A stretch of DNA of 64,000 bases from assembly GCA_020891255.1 (NCBI GenBank), contig BQFW01000015.1:682001-746000 (forward strand). The letters run 5' to 3'. The notes beneath the pieces are model-generated. The model saw only the letters and a program-made list of their open reading frames with translations, searched no databases and was not told the DNA's origin. This document shows, piece by piece, positions 22,101 through 34,306 of the stretch. The position numbers were made by a program, and so were the translations under genes. Numbering within the stretch: the first letter of the stretch is position 1; the number at the start of each line of letters is the position of its first letter. This DNA is from Entomortierella parvispora E1425 (lineage: Eukaryota > Fungi > Mortierellomycota).

Positions 22101-23726
22101 GAAGCAGCTCCTTCATCGCATTTTTGGTGCAGACAAGCCAAACCAAAATCTACGAGTGGCGTACATCACGAAACACAAAGGATGGCTTTTTTCCCAGATT
22201 CTTTACAAGATCGATCCACCGGGGACCACCCGATTTCGAAGGTACCATCGTAAAGCCCGGCTGCAGGATGATGAGGACGACCCCAACCCACTGGTGCTAG
22301 GGCAAAGTTTCCAGACGAACGGGCGAGCCCTCAATATTCAAGTATCCGATACGAGACGACCCAAGCCCAAAAAGAAGAAAAAATCGGAGGATCCGGACAG
22401 TCAAGATCCAGCTGACGACAAAGACGATGAGGAAGATGATGAAGACGACGACGAAGACGACGGTGGCGACGGTGACGACGATTTTTTCGACTACGATGAG
22501 GACGATGACCCCAACGAGATGCAGCCACTGAAAGACGACGACGATAATCATAAGGAAGCCATCTCAGCCGAACAGACAGCCCAGACTGGAGTCGCATCCC
22601 AGCCCACATCCATGTCAAAGAACCCAGGTCCTGTCACGTTCAGCAATGGCTCCACGTACACTTTCGGCAAAGGGTCTGCCACATTGCCCAATGCCAGCGT
22701 GTTTGACTTTGGCGATATTACTACGGGCGAGGTCACTGTCATTGGTATCGATCCTGGCGAAGTATTCTCGATGACAGCCACGCGCCTGAGACTCAATGCC
22801 GAGAAATCTGGGACAACAAACGACCGTGCGTCCAAGCGCATTCGACGGTCATTTCTTTACCATCCGGTCCGACTGTTCCAAGAGGCTGTCAGGGTGAAAA
22901 AGGTCAAAGAGCATATCCATCTGCTCGAGACCAATATCCCGCCCTACAAGCCTCTATCCATTTTAGAACGCATGCATTACCTGCATTCACCGGCCCAGCA
23001 GGTTCTGGGGAGGTTACTGGGTCCGAATATACCAGTCCCAAACCTTCAAGGCGCAGTGAAGGATGTGCTGTTTGACTTTTACCACTCCCCTTGGATGCTA
23101 AAGAGAAAGTGGGACATGAGGAAGGCGCAACAGAGGGCGATTGATCTTGCGATGGACCAAATCTTCAAGCTCGCGGGAGTCCTCTCGGGCAGGAAGGCCG
23201 ATGGTAGTGCTGGAACAACGGTGGTGTTTGCTCTTGGTCTTGGTTCGTTCAACTCTCGGACGGGATTGCCATCTAAACACGGGCCATTGGAACGGCGATT
23301 CACTCAAAGGGTAAGTACCGCAAGGAAAATAACAACAAAAAAAATCGCATGGTTCCCTGCTGACATCATCAAGTTAACATTTTTTTTCCTTTGTTCTCAT
23401 ACATGATACAGGCCAGGCGGCTAGGATACATTGTCGTCGGCGTGGATGAGTACTACACAAGTGCAAAGTGTCTCCGCCAAAACTGCGATGCGTTCTTGCA
23501 GTATGGGGAACGACGATCCAAGTATTGCACGGCATGCAAGCAGTACTTTGATCGCGATGTGGTGGGATCGGAGAATATTGCGTATATCTGTATGCAATTC
23601 ATTCTGGGACAAGAAAGACCGCCAAAGTTCTGCCCAATTCCAGACCCGTTCCACCTTACTGCCACGATTCTAAAGGATGCCGTCATCGAAGTGTGTCAGG
23701 AGGCTATCAAAAACATCTTTGGATAA
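19152..23726 (+). pseudogene. Fanzor C: XPG/FEN1/EXO1-family 5' nuclease fused to a Fanzor RuvC (~1,420 aa when repaired), disrupted by at least 4 lesions
   Basis: N-terminus MGVAGLWPLIK, YDV, FHLDG, KEQEHARR, TEAD, VVTRDSDL, LAIVCKNDY..FPGFGIK. C-terminus VIGIDPG (D at 22750), VVFALGLGSF, VVGVDEYYTSAKC (E at 23448), YCTACKQYFDRDVVGSENIA (D at 23556). Introns 20762-20850, 21836-21906, 23311-23411. Lesions at the A8 run (19285-19292), ~20015, a 46-bp duplication (21522-21613) and the T5 run (21728-21732). Confidence 0.85.
21522..21613 (+). repeat. perfect 46-bp tandem duplication inside Fanzor C
   Basis: ATGACTTTTTCGAACAAATTGTCGGCCCTCGCGCCAATACAATTGC starts at 21522 and again at 21568. It creates GCA-TGA and shifts the frame. 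Confidence 0.95.
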
Positions 23727-24035
23727 TGCTGCCTTTATTTTACCCGAGAACAAGAACCATACCAAGAACCATATAAGCCATTCGGAAAATGGCTAACCGA
23801 TGTAAGTGTTTACAAGTGTTTTTCTCTGCCCCTCCCTCATACACAGCAATGCCCGTTAATAGAGTCCTGACCCCCAAACCTTTTCCTTCTCCTGCCTAAC
23901 CTAACCTACCTCCTTGCCGTATGGGCCGATCAGTTACAACAAGTAAGTTGAAGATGTCCTTTCTTTTTTGCATTAGTTATCAACCTTCTTATAATGAACT
24001 AACGTATTCCCACGATTTTATTCATTTACACGGGT

Positions 24036-27000
24036 TTAGCTGTATTGATGCGATTTAGCAATCTCTGAAAAGAAGCCCAGCAGCTCCTGCACCGAAAACT
24101 CCATCTGAACATTGGCCTCAGCCGGGTAGCATTCGCGGATCAGCCTTGAGAATCGTTCATGCTGTCTTATGAACTCTTCCTGGATACCTCTCCAGGCCAC
24201 CTGGAGTAGCCCCTCTTGCTCCTCATCTGAGGAAGCAAAATGTTTCTCAACTTTGCGATACAAATGCAGCAGATCCTTGCGAACAACTGATGGAGGATAC
24301 AGCGCTACCACTTTCTTGAGCGCAGCCTTGTTGTACGTCAGATGGAATCCGACATCTTCGGAGGCCGATGTTTTAGTCTTAACTAGACCTTCAACGCCAT
24401 CAAAGAAATCCTACAAGAAATGAAAGAGCATTTTGTTTAGTTAAATCGATAGAGAATAAAAAATAAAATAAAAAATTAAGAAAAAAACTTACCAAAAGCT
24501 TGGACAACGATCTTCGAACAACACCACGCACGTATGTCTCCAGGTGAGATTCGTAGGAAGTCTTGGCATATTTCATGTAGCTCTCAAGCTTTGTCACCTT
24601 AACCTTACGCAATCTCATTTCACTGTAGAAATGGTGCATGTTCTCAATGTTGACAACATGCGACCCCTGTTCTTTGTCATCGAAGTCCACTGTCTCCTTG
24701 GCCAAGGCCTCTGTTGATTCGAACATTACCCGGACTAATTTGTCATATGCGGCACTGATCAGCTGGCGAGCCTCAGTCGACTCATTGCCTTCTAAAAGGG
24801 CCTCCATTCGTTGAGCAAATCGTGGGAAAATCCTCATAAACGGCAAAACTCCCTTGCGCTTGGTCTTGGATCGAGCCTCCTCGATAAACTTGAGCTGCTC
24901 CTCCTAAAAGAAAAAAGAGTCAGAGCAGAGAATTATTAGATGTTATCCAGAACACCACACTTGCAACAAGGAGTGGATGTGACTAACTACGTTACCACAT
25001 ATTTCTCAAACATCCCGACCAACTTGGTGTGAAGCTGAGCCAGCATAGTAATGAGAAACCCTTGGTCTGAGTCGACAATCTCTTTTTGAGCTCTTTCCAC
25101 AGATATCAACATTCCCACACATTGACTAAAAGGGAGATATCCTGCAGTTAGTAATCTTAAAAGAAAGTAAGGGGTAAGATTGCAGATCACACCCACGACA
25201 ATGGATTACATGCTCTCGTTCTTGACGCCCATTTCTGCAAAGTTGTTTAACTCTACACTCAGGCCATCAAAGAGGATCCCCATCAATTGCGCCAATCTCT
25301 TGCTACTCTTAAGGTCCAATGTTGGCTTTCGCTGCGTCTCGAGATCGAGTTGCGCATACTTGGCCGTCGAACCGTTTCCATTCAGCTGAGGATCATCCAG
25401 GAACATTCGCATCGACATCATCTTGGTGAGCGTGAATAGGTCAGACATATAGTTCTGCTCTCGCGACGCCAAGGCTGTCATGATCGTTAGTGCCTGAGCA
25501 AAGGCTTCGTCAATGGACAGCTTTTCCTCCTGCCCAACTTCGATTTTGCGGGAGGACTCCCCAAGATCACCGGTATGACTTCGCGTAGATGGATTGACGT
25601 TGGGGTCCTGAATTTCCCGAGTCGATCGCTTCCTCCATGGGATGCGACCAGTGAGGTCCGAAGGTGACGACAGAGATTCGCGAATAGCTGTTCCGCCGCG
25701 GGCAATGATACCGCCTCCATGATAAGACGATCCAAAGACTAAGAGACAGGAAGCGAAAGGGAAAGAAATGCTTTGATTAGACGCTGCTGTATTTGCCAGA
25801 TATATCGGACCAGGCTCTCTTACCAAATTCAGAGTCGTCAGGCTTTTCCAATTTTGCCACGTGGTGAGTTGAAAGGATATTGAAAAATTCCTTGATTTCC
25901 TTGCGGTACAGTCTGTTCATGTTGTTTACATATTGCTACAGAGCCACGAAAAAGAGGGGGGGGGGTCAGTTCGCAAGACCTCTTCCCAAGAACCTCACAG
26001 CATCAATAGGGTATACATACCATTTGCAGATCGGTAAAACGCCTAGAATCCATTTCCCTTAGCCAAAGAATCAAGCCTCGATAGGCGATAAAATATCTCT
26101 CGACAACCTGATAGCCAAACATAACCAGATAGCCCTTGGACAACGATCTCTGCTTATCGTTCAGATAGTGGTCTGCCTGATTCTGAATCTTGGTCCTCAA
26201 GAACTCGAAAAGTCTTCCAGCAAAGTTGTCACAATGGAAACTATAATGCTCCATCCTATTGTGGACCGCGGACATACCTGCTACATCCTCGTCAAACTTC
26301 GTTAACAGCACATCCTGGATCTCCGCAGAAGCTTCCTCTAGTCGCCGGATACTAGAGTCCCTCTCCAGTGATTCTTTCTTGAGTGTTTCCAAGACACTGT
26401 CGGGGATCGTTATCGAGAGAAGCAGGTTTTCAAGCTCACGCAACAGACTAGCTTGGTTCGATGTTTGGACCTGCAGCCCTCGATTCTGGGATTCAATCTG
26501 TCGAATGTCGTCGCCCATTGAATCCAGCTCCTGGCGGTAAAGTGATAGCCAGCTATCCATATCATCCAGCTCTTCGATTCCCTTGTCTAGCTCTGACATT
26601 ACGTCCTTGATGCGTTCATCCGACTCGATGATTGAATACACGTTCGTCATCTCAAGCGCGCTCAGCTCGTTCATAAGTCGGGTTTCCAAGGCAACACCGT
26701 CTTCGCTTGAAGCAAGGTCCATGTCATATAGGAGCTCCTCCAGATTCAACAGCGCAATCTCGTCTAATGGTTCCTGTTCCTCTATCATTCGTGCACCGCT
26801 CTGGTCGCTCCTGGGGCTGTTGGCGCCTCCTGGAGTAATGCCAGAATTAAGGGAAGACGACGATGGGGCTGCGCTTCTCTTCATGCGCTCCGTCTGAATT
26901 GAAAGCCGGTTCTCAAAATCTTGAACAAACGATCCAGTTGAGTTGGCGATTCCGCCGGGTATAGGGGCCGCCCTCTGGCTCCTGTTTGAGGTCCCAGCAG

Positions 27001-28075
27001 CAGCTTCTCGGGCAACGTTGAACTGTGCTGTAATGGAGTGCAAGTAATATATATAAACATTAAAAATCATGGTTCACTTGCAACTAAGTGCGGGCCATAG
27101 TCAAAACCATTACTTACTGGCCAAAGCAGGCTCGTCAATGTTGATGAGAGTGGGCAATCGCTTCAGGTTACTTCGCAGAACCTTCAGTAGCATCATCATG
27201 AAATCGCTCTTCAGCTCAGGCGCATCAGTCACCCACGCGTATGGTCGGTTGATGACAACGGTCCATCTTCTGGCCTGATAAGTGTCAGACATAATTCTGA
27301 TCAATAAAGTTGATTCGTCTTTATGAATAATAGGTGAGGAAGGCATGGCAACCTTTCACTTACATCGACATTCTCGATTGACTTGATTTCATCTAGATGC
27401 CATGTCCTGCCGATATGATATGAAGTTGCTGAAGTCTTTTTCACCTTGTGCAATCGAACTTTTCCATTTGATTTAACTGGTAGAAATGGGGACAGTGCCA
27501 CCGTAAAAAAGATGCTATTGTCAGTTACTATTTTCGAACCATATTTTGTCGTACTCAAGTATTGCCTCATCGGCCAACAATAAACCAGCTTACCTGTCAA
27601 ACAAAGATATCGCGGTTTCGACAGCATCTTCGTCCGCTCTGTAGATCCCTTTTTGCCTGCTAAAACCTTCATGTCCTTGCCGGCCTTCTCCTCTTCATAG
27701 ATCTTGACGTAAGTCATCATAGTCTCAGCAGTGCTCGCTTACATTAGAAGGATAATAGGTATTGAAATACGTTAGTCACATGAAGTATATGTCTACCTCA
27801 ATGTGCCGACATAGAATGTATTCATCCAAATGTACGCCAAGGCACGGCTCACTGGAGGCGCCTCCCCCTGTTTCCAACGGCGTCATCTTCTGGACCAATT
27901 CAAGGTAGAACTTCCCCAATCGTGTCAAATGTAAAAGGAGAGAAGAGCACATCAAAGACTCACATGAGCTGTCTGCAAAAAGCGCCTGAATCAATTGCTG
28001 GCGGACCGGGTCATCTTTGGCTTTTGGTCCAGCCATGGATGCCGTTAATGCTCCTCTCGAACGACTTGATGCCAT
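24036..28075 (-). CDS. SEC3: exocyst complex component Sec3 (EXOC1), multi-exon
   Basis: Sec3 PIP2-binding segment (KPRYLCLT..VRLHKVKK..YHIGRTWHLDEIKSIE), Sec3_C segment (LETRLMNELSALEMTNVYSIIES..QIESQNRGLQVQTSNQASLLRELENLL) and C-terminal LYRKVEKHF..LLQVAWRGIQEEFIRQ. Confidence 0.9.
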
Positions 28076-28298
28076 GCTGATTGAGGATCACTAAAAAAAA
28101 AAGGTTATTAATTGAGTTTCCTCTGGAAAAAGAGCCCCAGGAAGCGAAGCAGAAGGATTACAGAGGATAAGATGAGAGATAAATGAAGATAAGAATAGGA
28201 GGATGGACGCGCATGCATTCATGTTGATGCGTCCAACAGTTTTTCTAATTGATTGTCACGTGAATTATATAAATGACTGATTTATTTGATATGGTCGC

Positions 28299-31200
28299 TC
28301 ACATTCGCTCGTCGCTTGCTCTCACAGAGTAACGCATCCCGACCGGCGCGATATATCGGCATTGGAAGATCCGCTCTAGCATCTTCTCGCGTGTGTAATA
28401 CGGAACCAGGGTAGAGCGATCCCCTGCCGCCTGCACTGTGGCACGGATCTGCGCGATCGACATTGTCCTGCCGGGATCAAGAAAGGCACAGATAGTTTCG
28501 AAGATCTCGTAGGGCATGTTTCCCAGATTAGCCATGACTCCATGTGCATTATACTCCAGAGTCGGTTGTGCGCCTTCTTGGTACAGTCTGTGACTTCCGA
28601 GTAGAAGTCCTTGATTCATCAACTGTTGCTGCTGGTGAGGAAGAACGACCAGCGCGCTGTTCATACTGGAAGTGGAGAGCTGCTGCTCCATGCTTGCCTC
28701 AGGATCAGCGGCGTCAACTTTCAGCGTAGGGATACCGCCGCTGCTAAGTCTCTGAGCTGAACTGCCTGAGATGGAGGGGGCAGTAGCAGGAGTAACCGTG
28801 GCCTCGACCACTTGACTGCTCTTCCCATGGGAAAGTAAAGATGTCAAGGACGTTGCTGAGGTTGTCCTTCCAAACTTCACCCTTTTCAACAACTTCCACG
28901 CGCCACTGCTTTGGTTATGACTCTGTTGCTGATGTTGTTGAGACAAAAGTAGCTTTTGGTTAACAGGTCGTCCCAGTTGAACAATCCGTGAGAGGACCAA
29001 GATACGACAAGCGGCAGCGTAAACGGCCTGCTGCCAAATGAAGTTTCTAGTTAATGACTTCTGAATCGATTCGTAGAGTACATGGCGGTCTTCAGAATTG
29101 TAATCCAACTGCATGCCCTTCATAGATCGGTTCAGAGCCAGACTGGTCGCCAGGGCCGTATAGCCCTCTACGCTAATGTCAGGATTCGAAGTCAGGCCTA
29201 GGTTTTGAAGCCCGGTGCTATTAGGTAGAACTTCTGCGATTGCCATAACTCCTTCGGTGGAGATACAGCAGTTTGTAAACATGAGGCTTTCCAATGTCGA
29301 ATTCCTGGCCACGCCGCTCATTAGCCTCTGGATTGCAGGGCCCGAAAAGAGATTGTAGGCCAAATTGATCTCGCGTAACGTGGAATTTGTCCGCAGCACT
29401 TGACCCAGGGCTTCCATGCCGACCTCGCTCCTGCCGCTTCCGATATGATTAAGCTCCAAATCGAGGCCGATCAAGTATCTGTTCCGCTTCAAACTTTCGC
29501 AAATCGCGGCAAGTCCTTCGTCACCGATATTGTTATGAGGTATATACAGGTAGGCTAGATGTCTGTTGGAGACCAAGGCCGCAGCAAGGGCCGAAGCCCC
29601 TCGGGGCCCCATTTCGTTCATGTCCAGACTAAGTGAGTTAAGCGTCCGATTGAATCGCACGGCATCTGCTATTTGTATGCAACCTTCGGCTCCAAGACCA
29701 TTGGATCCGATATTCAAGTGTCGAATCACGCGATTCTTGGTCAAGAGGCTCGCCAGATGGGGCGCGCCAGCCTTCTTGATACTGTTGGATTGAAGGCAGA
29801 GTCTTGAAAGTGCCCGATGATAGATCAAGACTTCGCACAGGCTCTCAACTCCCAGAGCGGTGATTCGATTACTGGAGAGATCCAGCTCTCTTAATGTGTC
29901 GTTCTTGTTCAAAGCCTTGATCAGATACTTTACCGTCTTATCGTTCACGCCAGACCGTACAAGACTCAGCTTGGTAATGGTGTGGTTGTACCTCCAGGCT
30001 TCAAACATTGCTTTGTAAGCCTCCTGACTAATGGCGTTTCTGTCCAATTTAAGTGTCTTCATGTTGGCCGCATCTGAGGATCGAATCAATTTGGCAAGTA
30101 GCTTTCCGTCCGCGGCAGATATGGCCGCTCCCGTCAAACTGATGGTCTCCAGCGCAGTGGAATTCTTGCCAGCCATTACTCGGATGAGTATATCGAGGTA
30201 GAGATCCGATAACATTAAAAAGTTGCCGTGGAGGATAGCCGAAATGATAGGTGCAATCGGTATAGCATCAGACCCCGAGGCTGAATGAGACCTAGCTCCG
30301 GATCCAGAAGTCGATGGGCTACCCTCAATCCCTCCTGCCAGGCTTTTCTCACTAGTTGTGCGCATGAGAGAGAGTGCAGGGAATGAAAAGGAGTTCGAGT
30401 TGGATGCTTGAAGTACACTGCTGCCTTTGCTGGAGGGCACGGGCATGGTCCGGTTTCGGGTCAGTTTGACCATTCTTTGGAAAATGGTATGCGATGATCG
30501 TTGACGAGAGACTGGAGTACCGGTTGAGAATGAAAAAGAGCGAGCTCTTCTTATAAACTGCCTGCCAAATGAGCTGGCCTGCTGTTGAGAGAGTGTATCT
30601 GATTGAGTATTCACAGGGTCCTCAGTACTGACGAAACTGACGTTGCTCCTACTTGCACCAGCGATTTCCGATGATGTCGAAAATACGAGGATTGCACGGG
30701 GTGACACACTGCCACTATAGATATTCTTGAATGGCTGCAACCAAGACAATGACTTCAAAGACTGAGATGTGCTCTGAGCAGATGATATCGGAAATGGAGA
30801 GGACGACGATGAGGTGGAAGATGCGCCAATGGTAGAAGCGATCGAGTATCCAGAGGATTCCTTTCGAGGGTGAGGTCTGGTCAAATCCACGCTCACAGGG
30901 GAGTGCACTTGGAGAGCACAGGCCAGCGGCGTCAGTGATGGGCTCGAGGTAGGAGGCAGGAAAGAAGGGGGGCGGTAAGAGGGAACGGGCTCTGAATCGG
31001 CAGCTTCTTTCAGTGCAATCGAGGGGATCGATGCGGTCGTCGATGTCGCAGTAGAAGTGGAAGGAAGAAGACAAGGGCGCGCAAAGACCAACGGGGCGGA
31101 CTCGATGTTAGCTGGACAGTACAAAGGCAACGCAGAACGATTCAACGAGAGATCTACGGGGGAGGCGGTCAAAGCTGAAAAGGTCGAAGTGGACGGCAAC

Positions 31201-31998
31201 AACGGCTTCAAGGACGATCTACTAGTCAAATCCGGAGACAGAGGTAGAGAGTCTTCGGCGAAGTACGACTCTAGCAGGGATGAAGAGCCCGTTGAGACAC
31301 ACAGCTCTGGGGAGTCGGCTGGACTGGGAAAGGGGCTATGAGGACCTACTTGAGACAAGGAGAGGGGAGAGAGAGAGACAACCGGCTCAATGGTCAGAGG
31401 TCTCGAGTACCGGAAGAACCTGTGCGACGTGGCCGTTCAGCAGACACCAACGAGTGGAGGAGAAGATTGACTCCAGGTAGAAATGCACGCGGGGATGTGC
31501 ACTCACGATGAGACAAAGTGGACTGGGAGCAGAGACAGCAAGGGAAGATGGGGCTTCCAAAGAAAGTAAGGGAAAGGAAAAGAGAGCGGGCAAGCACAAC
31601 AGTACAATGAGAATTGGTCCATTCCTTTGTCATGCCCAAGACAAAGATGGCGGCATCTTCTGCCAGATGTGCGCAATAGAAATGCATGCAAGGGTGCAAG
31701 AATCAGTTGGACAGGACTGGGTCTGCAGGACAGCCCTGCCAACAAGAGTGGCCGCAAAATTTGAAATCAAACGCAGTAAAAGAACTGGAAACTCATCCTT
31801 ACCCCGCGGCTGTTGCTGAGAACTTGGGCTGCACACGGCGATTGGTTCAGTGCTTTCCAGCGCCGAGCTGTGATGTAAAGGGCATGTTTCCCACGGCTTT
31901 TGAGGATCGTTTGAAGTAAATCCGTGGTAATTCTCAGGATGGTGGGAAGGACTCTGAGAAGGTGGCGTGGTTGAGTTGGTTTGATGGTCAGTCTCCAT
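28299..31998 (-). CDS. RNI-like leucine-rich-repeat protein with a long Ser/Pro-rich N-terminus
   Basis: A ~1,019-codon open frame with 28-residue RNI-type repeats (LRELDLSSNRITALGVESLCEVL, IRHLNIGSNGLGAEGCIQIADAV). That frame begins with TTG, so a first exon with ATG at 31998 is inferred. The 5' structure is uncertain. Confidence 0.8.
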
Positions 31999-32429
31999 GT
32001 TTTGGGTCAAGAACGGAAAGGCTGCTGTTGAAGAATTGCTCGTTTGAAGTGATGAATAACTGTCGCTGTAGCACTATTACACACACCGTGAACTCATCTG
32101 CTGTAGACGTTGTGAGTGTGGAAAGAGCGGGAGCATGAAGGAATAAAGGAAGGAAGTGGGCAGTTCAAAAAAGAAAACTTGGAGGCCGCTTCTTGGTCGT
32201 TTCGTCCAACTGATTACTGCGAACCGTCTTCATCGAAAATATCCCAGCAGGAGACTATACCTCCTGGCTCTAGGCAGCTGCTCAGACGTGCTCGCTTGGA
32301 CTAGGACAGTCCTTGAGTTTACAAAAGAGCCTTTCAATCCACCAAACGAAACGTGTCACAGCTGCACCACCAGAGTGATCAATTGGAAATTGAGCAGCAA
32401 TCTTTTCATTGTCTTTATGTTTGTTGGCT

Positions 32430-33140
32430 CTACCACTTCATATCAGGGTGCTGCTTATACGCCTCATACAGTGCCTTGTTAAAGATAGAGATTTCGGTTT
32501 CATTTTCTATGGTAAAGAAAGAGTCAGCCTGATGATCCGGGATGTTGGCCTTCTTTTCAATTGTTCACCACCTTGTTCACATACCAATTCCACGGCTAGC
32601 CAGGATCTCATTATCGTTATCCAAGATCCAATCCTCGTCGTTCTCCATGTTGATGATGAGGTTCATTGTCTTTGCGCCATGGGCTTTGGTGTACAGTTTC
32701 AAGGTGTCTAGTTAAAATGACCATGAGACAGTTAGCTGAAGAGTAAAAAAAATAGTGCTCTCTCTCTTTCTTTCTCCAGCTTTTTGGTCTTCTCTATTTA
32801 CCGAACGTGGTGGTCTGGTACGGTTTCCATCCAGGAACTGTCCTGATCTCTGTTGGGGAGAAACCAGAGCTTGCAGTTAGTGCTATCATGAAAATCACGT
32901 TGCATCTCTCAAAAGTCAGAATGACAAGTGTCCAAATTGGAATTGCATTATGAACATTTACTTTCAATGATTATCGCTTTGAGTTGCCCAACTGTGGTGG
33001 CAGTAAGGTCAATGCTGTGGAGAATAGAGATTCTTGGACGTGCGATATTCAAATGATTTGATCACACGAATGGTAAGCGTGGCAGCAGTGCTGGGCGCAA
33101 GCGTGTTCGAGAGGGGCTCATTTGGGCTAGGGGCGGTCAT
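32430..33140 (-). CDS. DUF2340 / C2orf76-like ubiquitin-fold protein, 4 exons, apparent +1 frameshift near 33028
   Basis: Hand translation: MTAPSPNE..TLTIRVIKSFEYRTSKNL/ILHSIDL..IRTVPGWKPY..DTLKLYTKAHGAKTMNLIINMENDEDWIL..GIENETEISIFNKALYEAYKQHPDMKW*, which matches the DUF2340 pattern. Confidence 0.8.
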
Positions 33141-34266
33141 ACCAAGATGGATGAAAGTAAATTAAGTAGAGGTCAAGATGTGAAAAGTCTTCTCAAGAAT
33201 GCAAGATGCCTTTTTTTTTTTCCTGTTGTTTTCTTGGGCGAGCCCCCAGGTACAATGTAGGTGATTCACGATCAACTCAACACGTTATTCACATTTATAT
33301 TCTAAAAAAAAACGATTTATTGAATAATGGATTCATGGGACAGGACACTTCCAAACCGGACGAAACAGATACCTAGACAACAGAACAAAAAGTTAGCAAA
33401 GCTACATTTTCGTTACATCTTCAAAAACAGGGGGATAAATAGAACTATTTTTGATGTTTTTTGTTCAGAATGTTAAAGCCTCCGCAGTAGTACCGCACAG
33501 CGATATCTCTAGGAAGAACGAAAGTTATGATATTTTTTTTCTCATCATTGTAAAAAACAAGAGGGAGCGGGAAGTGGAAGAGTACTGATGTATGCCTCCA
33601 ACAAGAATCGCTGTCGGCTCTTACCTTTTTCTTCAAGACAAACGATGGGGAAAGGAGGTGGTGAAAGAGAAAAGAATCAAAAAACAAAAGAAGTTTTTTT
33701 TGACATTTCTGTTGAAAGGGCGCCGCTACCCGACCACCAATATATTCTAATACGTCACTGTACGGGCTGGCTGTGCGTGGGCTTTGCTTCTTGTGCTCTA
33801 GCAAGAACAAATATTTGTAAAATGCTCTGTAACCTCATCAGCATTATCGATCTCAGAAATTTACAACGGGTCTGGTTGAACAACGAAGATAGCCTGGCCA
33901 CGCGGTTACTGGACTCTCCCTACTGTTGATAACATGCATGTTGGAGAGTCAGATCAACAATATCTCACATGTGGGTTCCCCACAGTGTTTGGCTTGTTTA
34001 GCAGTCTAGCAGGTTGCCTGCTGCTGTTCTGAACTTCAGCAGAGTCTTTCTCTCCCCCCCGCTCTCCGGTTGCACAAAGAAACTGTACATGTACATTTCT
34101 GTATGTGAGCTCAAGGGGGGTTTTGTGCGACAAACAAATTTTGAGGCAAGGGCCCACTCCGAGGTGCCCACGGTTCCAATCGCGCCAGATCGATCATCCC
34201 CTTCACTCTCACACCACTCACACCTCGCATTTATGCGCGCGCAAAAGTATTCGCAGACAAACACAG

Positions 34267-34306
34267 GCACACACACACACTCACTCACTCACTCACTCAC
34301 TCACAC
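34267..34306. repeat. (AC)n/(ACTC)n simple repeat
   Basis: acacacacactcactcactcactcactcactcacactc seen directly. Confidence 0.85.
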
